Origin: Antedon mediterranea
Lineage: Eukaryota; Animalia; Echinodermata
Direction: 5' to 3'
Assembly (NCBI RefSeq): GCF_964355755.1
Contig: NC_092675.1
Span: 677,812-741,811 of the forward strand
Length of the DNA: 64,000 nt
A program made the translations under genes and the position numbers. The number at the start of each line of letters is the position of its first letter. The stretch's first letter is position 1. Shown here one piece after another: positions 53,751 to 64,000 of the stretch. The notes under the pieces are model-generated. The model had not been told where the DNA came from, made no database searches, and saw nothing but the letters and a program-made list of their open reading frames with translations.

Positions 53751-55016
53751 TTGATATTATGTCTATAATATCAGAGACTGTGTATCAGCCTCTGAATCGA
53801 AGAACATTTATTTTTGTTATTACTAGTAACCAGTGACATAGAAAAATAAGTATTTTATAATTAATAATAAGTATATTATAGTACTTTAGTCTAAAGATAG
53901 AAATAGTAATTTTGCATAGATTAAGTACAGGTAGTATCAATTATATAATAGAATTGTTTTAATATAAATTAATGATTTGACATTAGGTGGGTTTTGAAAG
54001 GAAAGCGAAAGCCAAGAGACACAGTGGGTGGTGTTGTATTATTTTAACAATTAATATCACAAATTTGTCATAATCTAATTTTTCATATAGTATACGTAGC
54101 TGCCAGGCGAGATATTATACAATTAAAAATTATATATGTTTAGTGCATTTGTGATTATGTACATTATAAATTGCATATAAATAAATTATGTATATTTGAT
54201 TTCTTTCTAAAAACATTTTCCAAAAATGTTATTCATACAAAAAATTTATCTTTCTAAAAAACTACAAAAATGGTAATTAAATTTATTGGAATAATCATTC
54301 CTAATTAGTATATAGAATAGAGTACAAAAATTACTTTTATTTAAAAATACATTTTTATACATATTCTTTATTTAATGTATTTCACGGCATGAAATGGGTG
54401 GGCCTTACCTTTCTGTTATAGCAGATTGGTTTCAGCAAAAGAAATGTTATAGTAATTAATAATTTATTGTTAATTAGCAATATAATTTATATTAGTAATT
54501 TTCAAAAAACAAGTTTGATTTTTAAAATAAATTATATCATTAATATTTCATGTTAATATTTTTTATTTTATTTTTGTAACATAAGTCTACTATATAGTAA
54601 CTGCTACTCTGAGCTGGTATTAAATGCTTTAAATTGTTAAGAAAGAATATAAAACAAAACAAACAATAGATATATGAACCCTGAAATATAGTATTTCTTA
54701 GCTAACCACTGTCCACTGGTCTGTGTTATTCTTTAATAAAAAATAAAGTTATTTCTGTCTGTGTAAACCAATTTAATATTGAATATTTAATGAATATTTA
54801 TGAGTGGAATGGATATTAGTATCTATCTATCTAAATATCTATCTTTCAACTTTTAAAATATTCTATCCATTCAACAAATAAAAATGCATTATTTGTTTTA
54901 TAACACACCTACTGTGAATGTCAAAGGCCCATCCATAAATACAGGTTTTGGAATTGGCTGTGTAGTAGAGCTATTATGGATGGTGTACAGGTTGGTCTGT
55001 ATGTTAGTGTCTGTTG

Positions 55017-58000
55017 TCATGTTAACTTGGTTGTTGATATATCTTCACTTGTTACTGCCATAACTTTCTGGTAGTTATATAATAATAATTCCTCTTGTAT
55101 TTGTGTTACCATTAACATGTTGATAATTAAGCCAAAAATCTGAAATGAAAGGCAAAAGGTATAATAATAGTAATAAATTATGATGGTAGATAAAAACAAT
55201 AATTATTATATACTGTATGAATATTATTTAATTTAGTGGGGTTTGAAAGCACTGGCATTAGCCTAGGACAATAGTAATGGTAATAAATTATATAAAGAAA
55301 AAAGAGGTATGTTACAATTTGTTTACACTTTTTTTTACATTTTATTTCAAGCTTTTCTTTTTCATTTTTGGCTCATTTTCTAAAATGATATTCGAACGCT
55401 AGAAATCTTTTCTAAGCAAAATAAAGAGAAACAAACTCAGAACTTTGCATTAAATTGTTTAAGAAAGACGATAGTAACTGCAATACACACTGAGAAAAAG
55501 AAAAACACATTAGTGTTCAATTTTTGTTATTGCAACTTTATAAAACTTTTTTGGTTTTCTTTATAGTAGCTAATCATCATTACTAAATTCCTCTTTTATT
55601 AAGTTTTATAGACATTTTTATTTGTTTTATCTTTGATATCTTCTATTTTAATTTATTTTTTTTTTCTGTTTTATTTTTCATTGTATTTTTTGGATATGGA
55701 AATTATTTTGTGACACTAACTGATTTCTGTATTTTCACTAAAGTTAGTTATAGCGATCAGCATAATATAACTTTCAAGTCCAGTAAATACTGTTATTAAC
55801 TAATTTTGATATTGTTAATATTCAGAAAAGCAATATTGAATATTTTAAGTTTTAGAATATTAATTTGCAAACCAATATGTACTGCAGCAAATATAAAATG
55901 GTTAAATCTAAAAAATGAGTAAATATATAAGTATATAATAATAAGTATGAAATACTTATACTGGTCCAGTGAGTTTAGTATGAAATATTCTATATAAACA
56001 TTAATAATACATCTACCAAATGAATGTATTAATTATTAAACCATACAAAGGATTTAATAAGAAGCAACAGTGCCAGTTATTGAATGTAAACAAATGAAAG
56101 ATACAATTAGATGATATATATATATACATACAAATATTGTGAATTACAGATTTTCATGCAAAAGTAACATATTACACTACAGTAAAAGCCTTTCTTTGGG
56201 ACACCCCTGAAGAACGAATGGAACAATCTATGTTTGAATACTACAGTCAACTCCTACCTACACTATGCTGGGGCCTGAAAGTGTCCCCTTCATAGGGGTT
56301 CAAGTGTAATTATAAATAATTAAATATAATTGCTTTAGATTACTAATTTACTTATCTTTGTACATAGCGGCCTTTATATGACCATTTTTAGCATGCTTTC
56401 TATAATGTAGTCTGGTCTAGCAAAATGGAATGTGTGACACGTCCAAAACAAGTATGTATGAATACATCCTACTGGTCCAGTGATCGAAGCCTGAATATAC
56501 TTGTATGTAAACAATGCATAAGGATAATTTACACAGACAAGCGGTTACGGTATAAGTGGAAAGCCGCATAGCTTGTACTACATAGAATCTGTATCCTCAA
56601 CGGAAACCGCCTCACCGCTCCACGTTTGTGTACATGGAGGAATAACATAGATTCTATATTTTTATTATCATTACCGCTCATCTGTGTAAATTGACCTTCA
56701 ATCATAGTACTTACAAACTTCTTTTATTTGTATCTCCATTGAGATCCAGCCATGGATACCCACAGCATTGTCATTTTGTTTGTAATTTGCCTTTTGATTT
56801 TTATAGTATAGTAAAGAGGAAATGTTATTAAAGCTATTTAAGAGTTTCACCTAGATTAAATATTCCATCAATAAATGAAATGGTATAACATGAAAATGAA
56901 CCACTGAATATTAATATTTAAAATTTGACAATCATAATATTCACTGTGAACAAAAATAATATTTTTTAGTTCCACTAAAACTCTGTCTACACTATCAAAT
57001 TAACTCTATGTGACAGAAATCTGATCTGCCCATTTATGGACATGATGATGTCATCAACATTTTTGTGACAAACTAGAACTAGTTTGATAGTATAAACAGA
57101 GCTTTATAAGCAATTTGCTTCTAATTTTCGAAAAATTAAATCAATCAACATTCATACACAAGTAATGACTGCTATATTTTCCAGTGTCTCAACCTAATTG
57201 TAAAAATCTATTAATAGTAACCTAGCTTTTCAGATTCTTAATTTTCTTTTAAATTTTTAGATATCGTCACTTTTAATTTTAAAGTTTTATAATTTTATTT
57301 CTGTCTAATGTCAATTATGTAGTTATCACCTATGAATAAATCCTATTTTTTTTACACTAATCCCTCAAATATTATGTTAACTGTTTCAAATTTGTTTTTG
57401 CGGGTTACCGATAAATCCACATTTTAAAATGAAAGATGTTAAAATAGATGTATGCATTTTCTTATCAATTATAATTTTAGCTTAAATTCCTCTTAATATA
57501 GAAATATAAAACTATTATTCAATTAAATGTTGGAAGTTGGCAGGGCTTGAACATTGTAAAATGAAATGTAAAATAATTATCTTTGTGTTGCATTATATTT
57601 ATGTATAAACTTAATAAATAAATATTAAAAGAATATTTATGAATGTTAATATGAAGCTATTTTATATTTTTATAATATAAATAAAGCAAACAATTTTATT
57701 AGCACAAAGAAAAAATAATAAGTTTCCTTCCTCTTATAAAATGAAATATAGAAAAGATATTTTTAATGTAATATAGGAAACATTAAAATTCTAACAGCAA
57801 AATAATTAAATGAAAACAAATTAGTTGATGAGTTTGAATAAAATAATGAATATACTGTATGATAAAAAGAAATCAACTTCAATATCAATCTGATATTTGG
57901 TTATATAATAAATAGTAAGTGTTAGGCAATCCAAGATGCACAGTAGTGGCATTCATCAGTCACATGATACCTAGAGTGCATTCAAAGTAAACAAGTTAGT

Positions 58001-61000
58001 GCGACTTAAGTGCTGCTTATCGTGGCCATCACCAGCAGTGGTTAAACCCCACAACGGCTACTGCTGCAATATATCATGGGTTTTTAGTAACAGATTAGGA
58101 AATGTTTTTTTTCAATGGAAAATTGGTTTCAAGTTGAAGAAAAAAAAGAGGAAAAGAAATGTGATTTTTAATAACATTTGGAGAATTGATTAAATAAGAT
58201 GATGGTAATAACAGGGAGTTACAACTCCCTGGTAATAATAGATTGATAGGGCAGTGATTGGTTGAAGTTGAATATAAGAGCACAAAATGACGCAATCTTT
58301 TTCATATGATCATGATGACAACTTTGGATATGTTACCATGGTTAGTTACTCCACTCTCAATTTCAAATAAAATTTGTAACCCCTTTCTCCCGACAGCTTT
58401 AGAAATAATTACACAAAATAAGTTTTAATTAAAATCAATTGCCTTTTTGTAGGAAAAAAAACAGAAAACATTTATTTGTGTGACAATAACAAAATAGAAA
58501 TGAAATTTAGGAAGAATGACCCATATTAAGAATGACCCATGTTATATTGCAGTAGTAAATGATAAGGTAATAAGGTGTCACTGTGCAGTGTGCTGCCCCC
58601 ACGTGTTGGAAGAATGACCCATGTTATATTGCAGTAGTAAATGATAAGGTAATAAGGTGTCACTGTGCAGTGTGCTGCCCCCACGTGTTGCATTTCACCA
58701 TGAACTTACGCACATGAGAAGAAAATAATGAATTAAGCAGAAATTATTCTGTGGTTTTGTCTGGCAATTCAGCCGCATCTATCATATCAGCTTCCGCATA
58801 CAAATTCTCATCTTTTATTTGCTGGATAAACCCAAAGGTCATCCAAATCCCTGCCACCTGTAAAGATTGAAGGTTAAAGGTCGAACGAAGTGCAAAGAGT
58901 AAATGTTTGAAATGACTGGATTTGAGCAGATACAAAATCATCTAATGATTGATTCATCAGTGACAATGTTCAAAAGTATTTAAAAACCATTTTAAAATGA
59001 TGACAAACCATACATTACTAATCAATGAGTTAAACAATTTTAAAAAGTGTAACCCAAGTGTATAGGCTACGTATGTGCTAGTTCGACACAAATAACACAT
59101 GTTGTTGAAAATGATTAATTATGACAAATTTCAAATATCTTTATTATTATTTGTTCTCATGTCTTAAGAAGTTTAACCACCACCGCAAAAAGAAAAATAA
59201 TAATTGTTAGTTTCTGCATACCAACCAATACATGCCATTCAAAACCCAACATACTCATTTTAAAACGTAATGTACATATAGTACAGTATACGTTTTTAAG
59301 ACAATATGAAGTTCTCCAAAAAATACAGAACCTGTGTTGCTTTTTGAAAGTTAGTAACAATGTTTCCATAAAATCTCTGCTGTTGCTACAAGTTAACGAT
59401 GTAACTGTGATCGATCAACCAAACAAATTGAGAAAGTTGTTTTCAATTTGTTTGCAATGATTTGCAACATTGGCCAATCACAAGTTTAGTTAACGTACGT
59501 GGTGTATATGCAATTTTTAGCTGAGCACTGCAAGATCAATCTAGAAGTATTTCCATGGAATCTCTACTCACTATCACTGACAGGCAGTGTAGCAATTATA
59601 TGAAAACCAGTCTTATAGTAATTTGATCAAACCAGTGTATATACAGTAGTACATGTGTTTAGAAACAGCTATATGTTTGTAACTTTTTCTTTATTCCACG
59701 GAAACATGATTGAAAACCTGGTTTTCATATGCACACTACACATAGGATTGATATTTTTTCCTGAAATATCTTAAATCTTTCAAAATGTCCTAAACAATGG
59801 TTACCAAAACAAGTAAGTAAACCTTGATAAAGACTGCAAACCATACATCCCTATACTTCATGCTGAATTTCATTCAGAACCAAAAATTGGCAAAACATTA
59901 TTTTCATTCGATTAGTAAACCATTCTAGATTATTAAAATAAATCAGTAATGTATACCTGTGGCAGGGCGAATCCAAGTATGACACCAGCTATGAGGGCTA
60001 AGTTGTCCTCTAACCAAGTACTAAAAGCGTCTACGCATCCACTGATGTAGATTTTACCTTGTAACTCAAGCCGATTAGTAACTCCTTCACGAATTCCATT
60101 TCCACATTGAGTGTTTGGTATCATTTCATCCTATGGAAAAAAAAATACATTTCAGATACAATACAAGATTAAATATTGAAAATACAGACTTGTTTAAAAG
60201 GTTGATTACTTTTTAATTATAAAATACAAGCATTTGATGACTACCACTGTAAACATTGCATCACATGTGACTACCACTGTATACATTGCATCACATGTTC
60301 ATTCGTCACAAATATTGCATTTAGGAATTATAAGCTGTGTCTACACTATCAAACTTTATGTGACAAAATAATGTGATGTGGCCATATATGGACATGATGA
60401 TGTGATATCACTACCATATATGGGCACAACACCCTTTGTTGTCACATAAAGTTTGATAGTGTAGAGCTTAAGAGAATCGGCTACAGTGATGAGTCCCATT
60501 TTGAAAAATTGGTGCCACAGGACATTCTGGACTGGAACAATTTCAAGAAGTGTAGCAGAACAAACAGATCTTAATAAATTATGAAGAATTTGTGTTGAAT
60601 TAAACCACTTTAGTTTAAGTTTCTATCTTCAAAAATAGCATTAATAAAGAAACATCAAACAAATTGTGCAAAATTAGAAGATAATACAGAATAGGCATTT
60701 TATTTTGAAAACAGCATAATATCCAGTATGTGCTCAGAGAAGGAATTAAATGTGATAGATGGTGATTTTATAAATATAGTCGACGAATTAGTGAAGTGTG
60801 CCTAACAAGATGTGAAAAATCTCCACATCACTACAGTAGCTCAAAACTCCTGGTGGAACTAAGGATACACACAAACTGATGGTTATAGGGCTAGTGATCT
60901 ACAGGTTGGGCCGGCCTCAAACCATCTTATTCAAAGGCATTCTCATAGGGCTAGTGATCTACAGATTTGGCCGGCCTCAAGTTCAAATGAAAAATCAATT

Positions 61001-64000
61001 TTATTCAAAGGCATTCTCATAGGGGTAGTGATCTACAGGTTGGGCCGGCCTCAAGTTCAAATGAAAAATCAATCTTATTCAAAGGCATTCTCATAGGGCT
61101 AGTGATCTACAGATTGGGTCGGCCTCAAGTTCAAATGAAAAATCAATCTCATTCAAAGGCATCCTCATAGGGCTAGTGATCTACAGGTTGGGCCAGCCTC
61201 AAGTTCAAATGAAAAATCAATCTTATTCAAAGGCATTCTCATAGGGCTAGTGATCTACAGATTGGGCCGACCTCAAGTTCCAATGAAAAAACAATCTTAT
61301 TCAAAGGCATTCTCATAGGGCTAGTGATCTACAGATTGGGCAGACCTCAAGTTCCAATGAAAAACAATCTTATTCAAAGGCATTCTCATAGGGCTAGTGA
61401 TCTACAGATTGGGCAGACCTCAAGTTCCAATGAAAAAACAATCTTATTCAAAGGCATTCTCATAGGGCTAGTGATCTACAAATTGGGCTGGCCTCACGTT
61501 CCAATGAAAAACCATCTTATTCAAAGGCATTCTCATAGTACATACTGAATCTTTAGTATACAATTCACTCAAATACAACAATCTAATTAGTAAAGAACAA
61601 CAATGTTTAAGAAGTTAAACCAATGTGATGATTTTATCATCTTACTTGTTGTTCCTGCAGAAGGAAAAATAAAATAATGTGAAAATAATGTAATAATTAC
61701 AAAAACATGTAAGTAATAAACAATAATATTAATAAAAGCATTTATAATACACCATATCAATGATTGTTCATAGGTGCAGTACATACATGTATTAAACCAT
61801 TATATGAATTAAAATATTTAAAAAAAATTGTTATTTTACTGTTTTAGCAAGTTTTTATGCATGTTTTTAACCTTTTATTTTCTATAAACAGGACCATATA
61901 TAAAACAGGTGCTACATTCATCTATACCTGATATGTTTTATCCTGTATAAATATGTTTTTAAATAAATAAATAAAATATAAATTAATTAAGTAAAGTATA
62001 AAAAATGCAATGAAAAATACTAAGTTGTAGATTAAGATGTAAATGAGATTGAGTGTGTTGTTGATTCGAATACCTTGGGTACAACACAGCATGTGTATGG
62101 CACGCCACAGGAACTTGCAGATCGATGTGAATCGGTACACATGAAGTAAATATTTCCGTCCCAGTCATTAAAGTCAGCACCACCACAACATTCAAACTAT
62201 ATCACAAAAACAAGAAATAGTACCATATGTATTTGTATTAAAAAATATATTCTGATATCATAATCATAATAATTTCTAGTTTCAGTTTATAAGTATATTC
62301 TATATAACAACAACAAAGCATAACATTATTTATTATAATATAAAATAATATAAACCATGATGCCATTGTGTTAAACAATTGTATAACTAATGACCCCAGT
62401 GTTACATGAGAATTAGGAATTAAGTATACTTATGTGGCACAACAACATCCTGGTAAGACAATACCAGAGACCTTCACAAAAACAACAGTATGAAACCTAT
62501 AGAACAACCTTTCAATCCTGTATAACAGGATTATTGTACATATGTTATATTATTATTTAAAGAAAGGATTTTATGACTTTAAAACACTTTATAAACAATT
62601 GAAAGCAAGAAAATTGCAAATTACAGTATGAATAAACTATCATACAGTACTTGCCTTGTTTGAGGCTTTGGGAGTGGGGTAGAGAAAGTGAGTTATTTAA
62701 AGCCACTAGGTCAGGATTGAACCATAGACCCCGGGATTGGAAGGCAAGCATGTTATCACCAAGCTTCAACTGCACTACCATCACAGTTTACTGATTGAAT
62801 GCCTCTAGATACATTTCTGTTTAAGGAAATTGTTTTTTTTCAGTAAAACAGTTTTTATGCTGAAACTCAAGGATCTTCTGACAAAGACAAGTACATTGTG
62901 AAGGTAATCCACAGTGAGGAATAATAGAATAACAACAATGGGTTGAAAGGTTTAAAATCATAGATTTCCTACACCTGAGGTAATCCACAGTGAGGAATAA
63001 TAGAATAACAACGATGGGTTGAAATGTTTAAAATCATAGATTTCCTACACCTGATCTACAAACAATAATAAGTTATATATACAAAATGGCCATAACAACA
63101 ACAACCACTAAACAAGGATATTACAGTTGATATTAAATGTGTACAAAACTGTTTCATGGTGTGTATTAATAAACATCCACTGTACACAAATTAAATTTCC
63201 TTTCGGACTACTAAATAATATTTGCATATTTAAATGCATAAAAATTCATATTTAAATGTATGCAAATTCATATTTAATTGTATGCAAATTTATATTTAAT
63301 TGTATGCAAATTCATATTTAATTGTATGCAAATTCATATTTAATTGTATGCAAATTCATATTTAATTGTATGCAAATTCATATTTAATTGTATGCAAATT
63401 AATATTTAATTGTATGCAAATTAATAAACAGATAAGTACCTACATTTGTTTGCATTGCATCTACAGCAAACTGAATATCAGGATCATTGTAATAGTTTCT
63501 GATAGAGTGCTGAAGCCCATCTTTTACAAGTTGTTGAGTCTAACAAAAAATACCACCATCTTTTAAATGAATTATTTACATGTAACACAATCTCATTACT
63601 GTATACAAACAATTTAATCTCAGCACTAATTTAGACTAAATTTAGACATAATTCCATTGTTATATAGATATATTTCTCCCTTTGAAAAAATAATTGTTTT
63701 AAATGTTTTTCCATTTTAATGTCACCTAATAGTTATTCACTTTGACAAAAATTTTGGATTGAAAAACAAATAATTTTCCTGAAAATTTTAAGTGAAAAAT
63801 AGTCAAGATAGTACAATTTAAGCATTTATTTTGTCTTTTAATAAATGAAAACTTCATATTTTTACCGTTACAACATTTCACTCTAGTGAATATTTCCAAG
63901 TGACTGTTGGTGAAATTACAAATTAAATGTTAGATACAAACTTACTTGACCCCTGAATGCCAACGCAAGAATAGCACCAATCAACTGAAGCGCAAACACA
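55017..64000 (-). CDS. Tetraspanin, TspanC8 subgroup (TSPAN33/5/17-like); 5' part lies beyond the window
   Basis: Exons (minus): >64000-63946 (TM3 VFALQLIGAILALAFRGQ), 63539-63444 (IRNYYNDPDIQFAVDAMQ), 62196-62074 (FECCGG..DW..NIYFMC..CGVPYTCC), 60130-59957 (NTQCG..IYISGC..WLEDNL..ALPQ), last exon 55139-55017 (IFGLIINMLMVTQIQEE...). Eight Cys in the large extracellular loop define the TspanC8 group. Confidence 0.9.
58528..58690. repeat. 82-bp perfect tandem duplication just 3' of the proximal tetraspanin stop codon
   Basis: AAGAATGACCCATGTTATATTGCAG...CCCCCACGTGTTG twice. Similar simple duplications occur at about 16286-16405, 40845-41020 and 62898-63054. Confidence 0.85.
58744..58857 (-). 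CDS. Alternative (proximal) terminal coding exon of the tetraspanin
   Basis: Phase-0 acceptor TCTTTACAG followed by VAGIWMTFGFIQQIKDENLYAEADMIDAAELPDKTTE*. It completes TM4 with the same G..(x)..QI..E pattern as the distal exon. Confidence 0.7.
   Translation of the reverse strand: MAGIWMTFGFIQQIKDENLYAEADMIDAAELPDKTTE
60882..61538. repeat. 74-bp minisatellite, about 9 copies (tetraspanin intron)
   Basis: AAAGGCATTCTCATAGGGCTAGTGATCTACAG recurs every 74 bp. Confidence 0.93.
63241..63425. repeat. 22-bp tandem repeat, about 8 copies, just inside a tetraspanin 5' splice site
   Basis: Unit TGTATGCAAATTCATATTTAAT. Confidence 0.93.

Noticed and set aside
61324-61548. Repetitive ORFs here and at 51475-52114 and 63366-63566
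   Set aside because: They arise from tandem repeats in intronic or intergenic DNA.

Overview
AT-rich eukaryotic genomic DNA with spliceosomal GT-AG introns, probably from an invertebrate deuterostome such as an echinoderm (inferred from Deu/Nin-type SINE cores, an ST6GalNAc-type sialyltransferase and base composition). Four protein-coding genes can be assembled by hand with consistent intron phases. (1) A GT29 sialyltransferase of the ST6GalNAc III-VI type (minus strand, 5 exons, about 560 aa) with an unexpected C-terminal polybasic, transmembrane and acidic extension. (2) A complete MTR4/MTREX exosome helicase (minus, 22 exons, about 1032 aa). (3) Head-to-head with it, an orphan type-I membrane receptor with a divergent C-type-lectin-like domain, a mucin stalk and a Tyr/Pro-motif-rich tail (plus; 5' exons less certain). 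(4) The 3' half of a TspanC8 (TSPAN33/5/17-like) tetraspanin (minus) that appears to have two duplicated, alternative last exons. Introns and intergenic DNA contain Harbinger-, pogo/Tc1-, Helentron (HINE)- and Crypton-like non-autonomous elements, SINEs and several minisatellites, often nested. The most notable non-coding observations are a Helentron-type element carrying two tRNA-Val copies, a TA-flanked unit with a near-perfect tRNA cloverleaf bearing an ATC anticodon, and strong regional over-representation of TACWGTA and TAGGCCTA, which resemble transposon excision footprints. All counts are by eye and all family assignments are from recognition, not database searches.
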